Shown here: positions 1 to 8,172 of the stretch, piece by piece
Layout: the number at the start of each line of letters is the position of its first letter
Numbering within the stretch: position 1 is the first letter of the stretch
IMG/VR virus record: IMGVR_UViG_3300012351_000009
Reading direction: 5' to 3' (one strand)
From: a virus
Length of the DNA: 64,000 nt
The notes under the pieces: model-generated
What the model saw: the letters and a program-made list of their open reading frames with translations, nothing else
What the model was told of the DNA's origin: nothing
Databases searched by the model: none
Program-made: the position numbers and the translations under genes

Positions 1-774
1 CAGGATGCACGCGGCCGGGCCGCGGCCGGCCAGCAGGGTGGACTCCTTGGGGTAGACCCCGAAGCTGGCCAAGTCCTTGGTCGAGCGGATGCCGCGCTCG
101 GCCAGCTTGATCATCCGCTGCTCGTCGTGCGGGGCGAAGATCGTGATGGACTCGCCCTGGGGCTCGGAGATGTACGGCGCGTAGCAGTTAGACCCGACGA
201 TCGCGTTGTACAGGTCGCCCCACAGGTTGGCCTTGGCCTGCTCCTTCTTGCCCGCGAAGATCATCACCGCGAGCTGCTTGTCGCGGTCGATGCCGTAGAA
301 GTCCTGGGGGTCGCCGCGGGCCAGGTAGGCCCACAGCACGTAGGCCATCGCCAGCGAGCACACATAGCCCTTGGAGCCGCGGCGGCCGACGGCCATCAGG
401 ACTTCCTTGAACCACCGGTAGCCGCGCTCTTTCAGCCAGGCGATGCGCTCGTAAATGTCCGGCTGGATCCCGTTGGTCTTGGCCTGGAACTTGTTGTCCG
501 GGCCGGCATTGGGATTGGTCGCGTGGAACTCGGCGATCCACTCCGCAATGACCTGGTGGTCGTACTCGGTGAACAAGTCGTCGCGCAGGAAGATGATCTT
601 CAGCAAGGTGGCCTGGCGCGGGTAGAGATTGGGCCGGTCCAGCCAGGCCTCGCCGATGACGAAGCTGATCGGGTCGGGCAGCTGCGGCCCGTCGACCGCA
701 TCGAAAGTCGACCAGAAACCGTCCGCCGCGGTGATGGTGCCGGGGATTACCTCAGTGAGAGTGCCCGTGGCCAT
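1..774 (-). CDS. terL: Terminase large subunit, N-terminal part (runs off left end of window)
   Basis: Manual translation from ATG at 774: MATGTLTEV...LYPRQATLLKIIF...EVLMAVGRRGSKGYVCSLAMAY...AGKKEQAK...KESTLLAGRG. GRRGSK is the terminase Walker A. No stop before base 1, so the ORF track misses it. Confidence 0.85.
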   Translation of the reverse strand, partial: MATGTLTEVIPGTITAADGFWSTFDAVDGPQLPDPISFVIGEAWLDRPNLYPRQATLLKIIFLRDDLFTEYDHQVIAEWIAEFHATNPNAGPDNKFQAKTNGIQPDIYERIAWLKERGYRWFKEVLMAVGRRGSKGYVCSLAMAYVLWAYLARGDPQDFYGIDRDKQLAVMIFAGKKEQAKANLWGDLYNAIVGSNCYAPYISEPQGESITIFAPHDEQRMIKLAERGIRSTKDLASFGVYPKESTLLAGRGPAACIL

Positions 775-1153
775 CGCCGTGGCCTTCCTTGAAGTCCTTG
801 AAAGTCCCGCCCAGGTCGGTCTTGATGACCCCTTCCTGGTCCGGCAGCCCGAGGATGTTGCTGGTGACTTCGCGTACCTGCTGATCGTGGTCGAACTGAT
901 GTTTAGGATCGCACCGGCCGACGATCGTCACCTCGGGGCTCGCGCCCTCCCCCGGCTTGCCGTCGATGGTGTACTTGAACCAGTTCACCACCACGACGAA
1001 GCCGATGTCGGCGAAGCGGCCCTTGATCTCGTCCTCGACGCCGGCGTAGTTCCGGTAGCTCTTCTGGTGCTTCTTGCGCAGCAGGTCCCAGACCGCCTGG
1101 ATCCGGTCGACTTCGGAATCGAGCAGCTCAATGGGATTGCTCGGCGTCGCCAT
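752..1153 (-). CDS. Hypothetical protein (MATPSNPIELLDSEV...)
   Basis: Probable real start at 1153 within track ORF 752..1318; overlaps both neighbours in operon fashion. Confidence 0.7.
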   Translation of the reverse strand: MATPSNPIELLDSEVDRIQAVWDLLRKKHQKSYRNYAGVEDEIKGRFADIGFVVVVNWFKYTIDGKPGEGASPEVTIVGRCDPKHQFDHDQQVREVTSNILGLPDQEGVIKTDLGGTFKDFKEGHGDGHGHSH

Positions 1154-1760
1154 CGGCGGCCTCCTCACGGCGCGGCATGAGAGCCAGCAATGTATCCGAC
1201 CCCCGGACATCAGCCGCAAAGGCAGCCCACTTCGGACCCAAATGCTTTCGGCACAGCCACAGCAGCTCCTGCATCGCACGCTGCCATTCCTCGACGGTGC
1301 CCTGCGCCTGGCGGGCATTCTCGTCCTTGTCGATCTCGCGCTTCAGCCGGAGGATGGCCACGGCGTCGCGCACCGAGGTCTCGGCGGAGCCGTCCTGGAG
1401 GGCCTGGTAGGCCCGCTGCAGGGCCAGACGGGCCAGATCGGCCGGGTCAACCGGGGAGGAGCCGCCGTCCAGGCTCATACCGCGGGCGGCAGCATCCTCC
1501 TCCAGCTGGCGTCTCGCCTCGGCATGCGGGGCAGCCAGATGCGATATGTGGCGCCGGAGCGCGGAGACCGAGGCGACCCGGACGCCCGCCGAGCGCATCG
1601 AGCCCATGTAATCGCGGATCCGCTCGTAGGTCCAGCCGTACGACAGGTACGTATCGACCTGGAGCAGCACCGGGCTCGTGCAGACCGGGCACGAGCTGTC
1701 ATAGGGCTTGTCGTACTCGCGGGTCCCGATGCGGATGGAGACGGTGGCCGGGCTAGCCAT
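1128..1760 (-). CDS. Possible terminase small subunit / HTH protein with N-terminal CxxC
   Basis: CPVC motif, helix-turn-helix-like SYGWTYERIRDY, helical C-terminus; position upstream of terL. Confidence 0.45.
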   Translation of the reverse strand: MASPATVSIRIGTREYDKPYDSSCPVCTSPVLLQVDTYLSYGWTYERIRDYMGSMRSAGVRVASVSALRRHISHLAAPHAEARRQLEEDAAARGMSLDGGSSPVDPADLARLALQRAYQALQDGSAETSVRDAVAILRLKREIDKDENARQAQGTVEEWQRAMQELLWLCRKHLGPKWAAFAADVRGSDTLLALMPRREEAADGDAEQSH

Positions 1761-2007
1761 GGGGCTCCCTGCTAGGCAGCCGGACCATATCCGCCACGCG
1801 GTCCCACACGTCCTCGCTCGTGACCTCGATCGGCTCGGAATAGGTCACCGGGTACTCATTCGGGTAGTGGTCGAAATGGCCGCAGACGCGCAGCTCGCCG
1901 TTTACCGGCGGCGCCAGGCCTTTCGGCCGCGTCTCGGTCCAGTCATGACCGCACGACGACTGCACGCCGATTTTGATCATCGGCATGTCACTCATCGCAA
2001 TAGTCAC
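1753..2007 (-). CDS. Small hypothetical protein
   Basis: Track ORF, tightly coupled to neighbours. Confidence 0.6.
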   Translation of the reverse strand: MTIAMSDMPMIKIGVQSSCGHDWTETRPKGLAPPVNGELRVCGHFDHYPNEYPVTYSEPIEVTSEDVWDRVADMVRLPSREPHG

Positions 2008-2344
2008 CGTCCGCGCTGGCGAAGTCGGGGGAGTCCGGGATGCGCCGGGACGGGTAAAAACCGTCGCGCGAGTTGAGGTGCGAATGCCGGGAGTTCCACG
2101 CCCTGCGGAACATGCCCTTGCGCACGGCCGGATCGGCGAAACCCGTTGACGTGAGGATCTCCCGGCGGGCCCGGTCCTCCTCTTTCCACTTGGTCAGGAT
2201 GTCGGACTTGGCCGTCCGCGAGGTCACCCCCACCAGCGACTCCGCGATCAGGGCGTCGGCTATGTCTTCCAGGGAGTGGCAGACCCCGTGCCTCAGCCTC
2301 AGCCTCACCGGGGGCATGCTCATGCCCGCTGTCAGTTCCGTCAT
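1988..2344 (-). CDS. Hypothetical protein (MTELTAGMS...)
   Basis: GGAGG RBS upstream of GTG/ATG near 2344; protein-like composition. Confidence 0.65.
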   Translation of the reverse strand: MTELTAGMSMPPVRLRLRHGVCHSLEDIADALIAESLVGVTSRTAKSDILTKWKEEDRARREILTSTGFADPAVRKGMFRRAWNSRHSHLNSRDGFYPSRRIPDSPDFASADGDYCDE

Positions 2345-2663
2345 CACGTTCCTCCGGGATGTTCTCGAATGCTGCGCAGAGATGCTGGAGCGCTTCGAGG
2401 GCATAGTCGGAGACCGGGCGCGTCCCGTCGGTCTTCATCAGGCGGGCCGCGTCGGCATCTGGCATGTCCAGGTAGAGGCAGTGAACCGCCATGGCCTGCA
2501 CGGGATCCAGCTGCCGGCTCAGCTCATACAGCCTCAGGATGTCGGCCAGGACGTAGATGTCGCCATCAGGACCCGTCAGCGAGTCGATGCCCTCAGCCTC
2601 GTACAGAGACTGCCAGGCCTGGAGGTGCCGCATTAGCGACTCCAGTACTGACGGGACCAGCAA
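2004..2663 (-). CDS. Sigma-70 region-4-like DNA-binding protein (meaningful part about 2345-2633)
   Basis: LDPVQAMAVHCLYLDMPDADAARLMK...VSDYALEALQHL fits the sigma r4 HTH pattern; the C-terminal half looks like off-frame read-through over the next gene. Confidence 0.5.
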   Translation of the reverse strand: MLVPSVLESLMRHLQAWQSLYEAEGIDSLTGPDGDIYVLADILRLYELSRQLDPVQAMAVHCLYLDMPDADAARLMKTDGTRPVSDYALEALQHLCAAFENIPEERDDGTDSGHEHAPGEAEAEARGLPLPGRHSRRPDRGVAGGGDLADGQVRHPDQVERGGPGPPGDPHVNGFRRSGRAQGHVPQGVELPAFAPQLARRFLPVPAHPGLPRLRQRGR

Positions 2664-2769
2664 CCTCTCCCTCCGACCGGAAAACTCAGTAAAAATAGAG
2701 CCTGATCCCTGTCAGTTAATCACGCCACAGAAGGGTAGGTATAGCTGAAGTCGTTGCTGGTCAGAAGGC

Positions 2770-2784
2770 TATCAAAGTACCTTA
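2770..2784 (-). promoter_or_regulatory. Phage promoter-like motif TAAGGT-AC-TTTGATA
   Basis: AT-rich intergenic; -10-like hexamer followed by TTGATA, repeated at many intergenic sites. Confidence 0.55.
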
Positions 2785-2785
2785 A

Positions 2786-3493
2786 TCAAATCCTGGCCGA
2801 CTTCAGGAGCATGTCCTCCAGCCGCTCCAGGCTGCGCACCAGGGCGTCGGCCCGCTTGGACAGGATCGCCTGGAAGATCGCGAAATAGCGCTCCTCGATG
2901 CTGGCCAGGTGGCCCTCCTGGGTGCGGTCGTCGATCGTCAGCTTGCCCCGTGACGCATCCCGCGGCGAGGTGTAGCCCCAGGCGAAGGCCTCCTCCCAGA
3001 TGCCCTTGGCGAACATGGCCGAGCCCCACATGACCGCGGCCTGCTGGCGCCACTCGAACAGGTGGATGGCCAGCTCGTGCAGGAGGTCATTGCGCTGAGC
3101 ATCACCGAGCCGGGACCAGTCCTCGATGTAGAAGCCCATCTCGTTGCGGCGCCAGCGGGGGTGGCCCACCAGGTCCCTGACCGGCTCGCCGCTGCCGGTG
3201 ATCAGGGGTTCGCGCACGACGCGGTGCACGCGCTCCAGCAGCCAGTAGGCATCGGCAAAGCGCTGGGCCATCACCTGGTCGGCGATCCGGCCGATCTCAG
3301 CGACCTTGATCTTGTCCTCGCCACCCCACTCGGTGCGCATCCGGCTGAAGTTGACGCTGCGAAAACGCCGGGTCCGGTCGGGCGGGATGTCGGGGGCCAT
3401 CGGCTGCTCGGCGGTGCCCTGGGGCAGCTGGTCAGCTTCCTTGCGGATCCGGTCCAGCTGGGCTGCCTGCCGGCCGTCGTCCGTCTGGCCCAT
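2786..3493 (-). CDS. Hypothetical helical protein
   Basis: Track ORF 2786..3541, likely start MGQTDDG at 3493 after GGGAGAG RBS. Confidence 0.7.
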   Translation of the reverse strand: MGQTDDGRQAAQLDRIRKEADQLPQGTAEQPMAPDIPPDRTRRFRSVNFSRMRTEWGGEDKIKVAEIGRIADQVMAQRFADAYWLLERVHRVVREPLITGSGEPVRDLVGHPRWRRNEMGFYIEDWSRLGDAQRNDLLHELAIHLFEWRQQAAVMWGSAMFAKGIWEEAFAWGYTSPRDASRGKLTIDDRTQEGHLASIEERYFAIFQAILSKRADALVRSLERLEDMLLKSARI

Positions 3494-3734
3494 CGCTCTC
3501 TCCCGTGTGCGCGTAGAAGTACCCGGCCCAGAAATGGGCAAAGCACTTGTCCTCCGGGCTCAGCTCGGAGTCGTAGATGGCCTTCTGGGCCTGGGCGATC
3601 CCGTTGAAGTCGACTTCGCCTTCCGGGGTAACCAGGTTAAAGCGCACGATCTCGCGCTCGGAGCCGTCCTCGAACAGGATGACGACTCCATCGATCTGCT
3701 GGATCAGGTAGCGCTCACTCGGCAGCCGGGCCAT
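3432..3734 (-). CDS. Hypothetical protein
   Basis: Track ORF with RBS GGAGG. Confidence 0.6.
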   Translation of the reverse strand: MARLPSERYLIQQIDGVVILFEDGSEREIVRFNLVTPEGEVDFNGIAQAQKAIYDSELSPEDKCFAHFWAGYFYAHTGESDGPDGRRPAGSPAGPDPQGS

Positions 3735-4062
3735 GTCCGTCCTCCTCCGGCGGCGGCGGGACCTCAGTGAAGTCGCCGCACAGCCGCAGCATCACGCGGA
3801 CGCCGTTGCACTGGGGGCCATACGTGTCGTAGAACCAGCGGCACAGCGCCTCGCCGTAGCTCGGGCTGTCGCCGTAGCCGAGGGTCTGGTGGCAGATCAG
3901 GCCCATGGAACTGCCCGCGATGTTGTTCTGGATTAGGTCCTTCAGCCGGCCGGGCCGCAGGTGCATCAGGTTGCCCGGCCGACCGACGCAGGTTGAGCAC
4001 TGCTCTGACAGCAGCCGGGGCTTGCCCGTCGCGTGGTCCAGCAGCCCGTAGCCGTCGCTCAT
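3715..4062 (-). CDS. Cys/His metal-binding protein (CxxC...ICHQT...LC; DUF6283-like)
   Basis: CSTC, LICHQT and ALCRW motifs; same pattern as 34346..34678. Confidence 0.6.
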   Translation of the reverse strand: MSDGYGLLDHATGKPRLLSEQCSTCVGRPGNLMHLRPGRLKDLIQNNIAGSSMGLICHQTLGYGDSPSYGEALCRWFYDTYGPQCNGVRVMLRLCGDFTEVPPPPEEDGHGPAAE

Positions 4063-4364
4063 GGCCGGGCTGTAACCTCGGCCTCCGCGTCAGGCATCAG
4101 GTACTGCATGGACTGCTCCGACGTGAACGGGTCCCAGTGCTTGCGCCGCCAGTGCCGCCGGTAGGCCGCCAGGACCCGCGGGCCGCGACCGCGCTTGCGC
4201 CAGTAGCAGAGCAGGTCATGAGTGCTCGTGCGATACCACTTGCGGCCCGTCTCAATCGCCGCCACGTCCACCATCGGGCAGTACACCCTGCTGCCGCCCA
4301 GGATCGGCGGCGGCGCCTGTACCGTCATCAGCTTGCTCCTTCTCTGCGGCCAGGTCAGCGTCAA
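4059..4364 (-). CDS. Basic hypothetical protein
   Basis: Track ORF, ATGA overlap with downstream gene. Confidence 0.5.
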   Translation of the reverse strand: MTLTWPQRRSKLMTVQAPPPILGGSRVYCPMVDVAAIETGRKWYRTSTHDLLCYWRKRGRGPRVLAAYRRHWRRKHWDPFTSEQSMQYLMPDAEAEVTARP

Positions 4365-4563
4365 CCTCGTCGATGATCTTCTGGATGTGCGCGGCGTATT
4401 CCGGGTCGGTCTCCATGCGCCTGACGCTCGCGTGGTACCGGGCGATGGCCCGCTCGGCGTCAGCTTCAGACTGACGGAAGTCCGTACGCAGCATGTCCTT
4501 GATCCAGTTGTCGAGCTGCTCGTCGTCCTCGGCCCAGTCCTCGTCCTTGCCGTGCCCGGCCAT
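4252..4563 (-). CDS. Acidic helical hypothetical protein (MAGHGKDEDW...)
   Basis: Probable start at 4563 within track ORF 4252..4701. Confidence 0.55.
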   Translation of the reverse strand: MAGHGKDEDWAEDDEQLDNWIKDMLRTDFRQSEADAERAIARYHASVRRMETDPEYAAHIQKIIDEVDADLAAEKEQADDGTGAAADPGRQQGVLPDGGRGGD

Positions 4564-4695
4564 CAGAAGGCTACGTTCCACAAGTTGGGCTCGGCCGTCT
4601 CGGCCATGTCGCGCAGCGCCTGCTCCTGCTCGTCGTCCTGCTCGTCGTTCGTCTTCTCGGTGCTCACCCGCTCCTCCCCTCAGTCCCTCCCAGTA

Positions 4696-4709
4696 TATCA
4701 AGGTTCCTA
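4696..4709 (-). promoter_or_regulatory. Promoter-like motif TAGGAA-CC-TTGATA
   Basis: Copy of the recurrent intergenic motif. Confidence 0.45.
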
Positions 4710-5336
4710 GGTAAACTCATCATCCCACTCGCGCGGATCAGGCTCGGGCGCGTCGAGGGAGAAGCTCAGGCCGATCGCCAGCGCATCGCGCTGGTGCTCA
4801 TTCCAGTCCCGGCCAGCCGACTCAGGGACATAACGGGCTACCGCCGCAGCGATCTCGCGCTTGTCGTGCAGCGGGGAGCCAGTCAGCTGCTGCGAGGCGT
4901 GGTTGGCAGAGATCACGGTGCCGAGCCCGTTGCTGGCCTCGTACACGCACAGCCCGGCGATCAGCGAAGATTCCAGCCGGTGGCCGCGGACAGCCGGAGC
5001 CTCCCAGGCAATGTCCGACGGCCAGCTGATGCTCTGCTCACGCCAGACCACCTCCTGGATCAGCGCCTTCATCCGGGTGGCCTTGTCGTAAGTGGCCAGG
5101 TAGCCGGTCAGGTCCGTCTTGATGCGCAGGGTGCCCCGGGCCCGGATCTCGATGCCGGGGTCGCGCTTCCACCGCCAGCCGACCCTCAGGTGCACCCAGC
5201 CGGTCGAGGACAGCGACGGGTCGAAGGCCAGCACCCGGCACGGCCGGAAGTCCGCCGGCTCCGGCGGGGTCCACGGCGCCAGGCGAGCGGTCTTGCGGCT
5301 TTCGACCTGAGACTGCAGGTCCTCCCAGAGCTTCAC
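4707..5336 (-). CDS. ruvC: RuvC-like Holliday junction resolvase
   Basis: VLAFDPSLSSTGW, WEAP, DKREIA, NEHQRDALAIG: RuvC catalytic D/E/D residues. Confidence 0.8.
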   Translation of the reverse strand: MKLWEDLQSQVESRKTARLAPWTPPEPADFRPCRVLAFDPSLSSTGWVHLRVGWRWKRDPGIEIRARGTLRIKTDLTGYLATYDKATRMKALIQEVVWREQSISWPSDIAWEAPAVRGHRLESSLIAGLCVYEASNGLGTVISANHASQQLTGSPLHDKREIAAAVARYVPESAGRDWNEHQRDALAIGLSFSLDAPEPDPREWDDEFT

Positions 5337-5557
5337 ACCAGCACGCAGCCGCAGGTGAGATGGTGCCGCGGGTCATCGCACTGATCGTGGCCCGGCTCCC
5401 CGCACGAGCAGCCATCCGGCGCGCCCTCCTCGATGTACTGGAGTTTCACCTCGGCCTGGCCGAAAGCGATCGAGGTCTTCACCTCGCGGACAGCCTGCTT
5501 AGGGTCCATCCCCGGCGGCAGCGTAAGCCAGACGTAAATCCCGACCTTGGTGCTCAC
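5333..5557 (-). CDS. Small Cys/His-rich protein
   Basis: VSTKVGIYVW...CSCGEPGHDQCDDPRHHLTCGC; GTG start at 5557. Confidence 0.5.
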   Translation of the reverse strand: MSTKVGIYVWLTLPPGMDPKQAVREVKTSIAFGQAEVKLQYIEEGAPDGCSCGEPGHDQCDDPRHHLTCGCVLV

Positions 5558-6312
5558 GAGAGCCCGGCGTGCTGCAGGGCGTTCAGGTACTTGCACTCGA
5601 TCTCGTACGCGGCCACCGGGTCGAAGGTGACGTGGTACTCGCGCAGGTCCCAGGGATTGCCGATGCCCTGGAAGAGCACGATGAACTTGCGCAGGCCGGT
5701 CAGCCGCATGTACTCCTGCACCTGCCACCAGTAGGTAGGCCAGCGCTCCTTGAAGAAGGCCTCGTCCATGTCCGGGGCCTTGCCCAGGATCACGTTCTTG
5801 ATCGTCTTGAGGTCGAAGCCCCACAGGTTCTCGGGAGCGAAGACCCGCGGCGGCGGACCCGGCGGAGGCGGACCGAAATGCAAGATACCGTCCAGGTGGC
5901 CGCGCGAGCGGGTCTCCAGGTCGCTGGCGCCGTGCTCCCGGCAGAGCCTGGGCTGGGCCAGGCCGCAGGCCGGGCAGATCCCGGGCACCACCGGCACCAT
6001 GAGCTTCAGCTGGACCAGCGCCTGCCGGGTCACCTCGTGCATGATCGTGCCGAGCATGACCGACATCCGGCCGATGTAGCCGAAGTCCTCGGGCTTGTCC
6101 GGCGGCGGGTTGGTCAGGTAGGTGACCAGCTGGCCTTCGGTCAGCCCGGGGTGGGTGCTGGCATGGAACCACCCGTCCGGTACCCGGTCGAGCGGCTTAG
6201 CCGTCTCGATCTTCAGCCTGAAGGCCTCGCCCGAGGTGAAGAAGTTGACCAACAGCGGCTTAACCAGGCAGCCCGCGGCAGCGTACTTGGTGACGTGATC
6301 AAAGGTCGGCAT
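5554..6312 (-). CDS. PD-(D/E)XK (Cas4-like) exonuclease with CxxC insert
   Basis: HAS...GTIMHE, GHLDG, FDLKT, YWWQVQEYM motifs; CPAC...CREH insert. Confidence 0.75.
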   Translation of the reverse strand: MPTFDHVTKYAAAGCLVKPLLVNFFTSGEAFRLKIETAKPLDRVPDGWFHASTHPGLTEGQLVTYLTNPPPDKPEDFGYIGRMSVMLGTIMHEVTRQALVQLKLMVPVVPGICPACGLAQPRLCREHGASDLETRSRGHLDGILHFGPPPPGPPPRVFAPENLWGFDLKTIKNVILGKAPDMDEAFFKERWPTYWWQVQEYMRLTGLRKFIVLFQGIGNPWDLREYHVTFDPVAAYEIECKYLNALQHAGLS

Positions 6313-7097
6313 CAGAGCGTCGGCGGCGGCCCCACCCGCACCCGCAGCGCCCCGTCGATGTACAGCAGGCCGCTGCGCACCACGACGTCGTTGACATACA
6401 GGCGCACCCAGCCCATGCCCCTGTCATAGCGGACAGAGCTGATGCCGTAATCGTTGACGCGACCGTCTGCAGCGACGCTGTAGCCCTTGCTCTCCAGGCC
6501 CAGGCTGTCCGGCTCGTCGGTCCCGTGCCGGGAGTCGATGACCAGGCACGGCCACATCTCATGCGGCGGCGGCGGCAGGTGGCTCGGGTAGGTGCCGTGC
6601 AGCGCCGGCGGGGACGCCGGATCCGTAAACAGACTGTCCGGGCGGATCGTCCTCAGCGGATGCGCCTGCCTCTCAGCTTCGGCCAGGGCGTCCCGGGCTT
6701 CCGCGGAGATGCGGCCAGCCTCCAGCAGGGCCTGCTCGGCCCCGGCCGACAGGCGGGCTGCGGCCAGCAGCTCGCCGTAGTCGGCCGCCGGGATGGCGAT
6801 CCAGTCCTCGTCGACCTGCTGAAGATCATCGGTGCCGTAGAAGCGCAGCCCGAGCTGGGGCCGCTCACTGGCCGCCTGCTCGCGGATCTTGGTGATCATG
6901 TCCCGGCTGACGGCGATCGACTGGCCGCGGGTCGACTTGCCGTCCCAGGCGAAGGCGAAATGCTCGGTCAGCTCGTTGCCCCGCCCGTCAGCCTGGTCCT
7001 TCCAGGTCGAGCCCGAGGCCTTGGACTTCCGGCCGCCGTTCAGCCCGGCCAGGAACTCCTCGTGCAGCTCGCCCATCCTGGCCCTGTCCGGCGCCAT
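6312..7097 (-). CDS. Hjc-type Holliday junction resolvase-like nuclease with C-terminal extension
   Basis: GELHEEFLA...SGSTWKDQADG...WDGKST...ITKIREQA...LRF pattern; start MAPDRAR at 7097. Confidence 0.6.
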   Translation of the reverse strand: MAPDRARMGELHEEFLAGLNGGRKSKASGSTWKDQADGRGNELTEHFAFAWDGKSTRGQSIAVSRDMITKIREQAASERPQLGLRFYGTDDLQQVDEDWIAIPAADYGELLAAARLSAGAEQALLEAGRISAEARDALAEAERQAHPLRTIRPDSLFTDPASPPALHGTYPSHLPPPPHEMWPCLVIDSRHGTDEPDSLGLESKGYSVAADGRVNDYGISSVRYDRGMGWVRLYVNDVVVRSGLLYIDGALRVRVGPPPTL

Positions 7098-7098
7098 C

Positions 7099-7368
7099 TC
7101 ACTTCCCCAGCCAGGCGCGGCTGCGTTCGCTGTCTGGCGTCCGCACCTTATCCGGGTTGTCCTCCTGCCAGCGGATGAACCGGGCCATGGTCTCGGCAAC
7201 CAGCCGCAAATGCCGCACCGGACTGCCGCCCTCGTCGCACAGCCTGAGGTAATGCGCGAGCACGCCCCGCGTCCTGATATCCCTGGCCCGGAACACGATG
7301 ACAGGCTCGTCATCCGGGATATCGCCATGCTCGGTGGTAACCCGGCCGTACTTGCCGTCAAACCCCAT
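7099..7368 (-). CDS. Hypothetical protein
   Basis: Track ORF 89 aa with RBS. Confidence 0.65.
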   Translation of the reverse strand: MGFDGKYGRVTTEHGDIPDDEPVIVFRARDIRTRGVLAHYLRLCDEGGSPVRHLRLVAETMARFIRWQEDNPDKVRTPDSERSRAWLGK

Positions 7369-7380
7369 CAGGTGCTCCTC

Positions 7381-8172
7381 CTAGTCGGGCACGGTGTCTT
7401 CGATGACCTGCGTCGGCATGTCATCAGCGCTGATGATCTGCGTGTCGGCGCTGGCCGCCTGGCGGTACATCGCCGCGCGCTCGGTCTCAGCGTTGCTGAA
7501 CGAGCCGTTGGGGTACAGGTGCTCGGCGGGCACGCTGTCAGTCCAGGCCCGTTCCATGTCCGCCTCACTCCAGGAGAACCTCTCGCCCGGCTCGTCGCCG
7601 GACAGCTCCCGCAGCGCCTCGACACCGACGTCGGTATGCCGGCCCAGTGAGAGGATCTCCTCCTCGGTCAGGCTCCGGATCACGGCGTCGCCGTGCTCGT
7701 CAAACCCGTCGCAGACCACCATCCTGTTATCGCCCGCCCACTTCATCATCATCATGTCGCCCTTGCGCAGGGTGAAGCTGACGTCGTGCGGGCCGGGGCG
7801 GCGGTAGCCGTTGATGGAGAACTGGGCGTCGGGCAGCTCGACGATACCGGGCAGCAGGTGCAGCCGGGTCAGGTCCTGCTTGTACAGCCAGGCGAGGAAC
7901 TCCTCGAACAGCGGGCAGACCCAGATGCGGTGCTTCTCCAGGTCGGCGCGGGCATTGCCGCCGTGCCGGAACCAGGCACCCTCGCCGGTCGCGAGGTCGC
8001 AGACCAGGATGTGCACCGGGGTCCAGCCGATCCGCTCCAGCAGCGGGTACTGATTCTCGGCTTCGACCAGGCTGCCCCGGCCCCACTCCATATCGGGGAT
8101 GCCGACCAGGAACTTGCCCCAGTTCAAGGGCACGCCGTGCTCCTGGACACCCTCGAATATGAACGTCTTCAT
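7381..8172 (-). CDS. Hypothetical protein (MKTFIFEG...)
   Basis: ATGA overlap with recA stop; upstream part of the track ORF is a recA shadow. Confidence 0.65.
   Translation of the reverse strand: MKTFIFEGVQEHGVPLNWGKFLVGIPDMEWGRGSLVEAENQYPLLERIGWTPVHILVCDLATGEGAWFRHGGNARADLEKHRIWVCPLFEEFLAWLYKQDLTRLHLLPGIVELPDAQFSINGYRRPGPHDVSFTLRKGDMMMMKWAGDNRMVVCDGFDEHGDAVIRSLTEEEILSLGRHTDVGVEALRELSGDEPGERFSWSEADMERAWTDSVPAEHLYPNGSFSNAETERAAMYRQAASADTQIISADDMPTQVIEDTVPD

Noticed and set aside
5554-6312. Cas4-like nuclease as an adaptation enzyme for the arrays
   Set aside because: It sits in the standard recombination cluster 19 kb from the nearest array and lacks the Cas4 four-Cys arrangement; such exonucleases are common in phages without arrays
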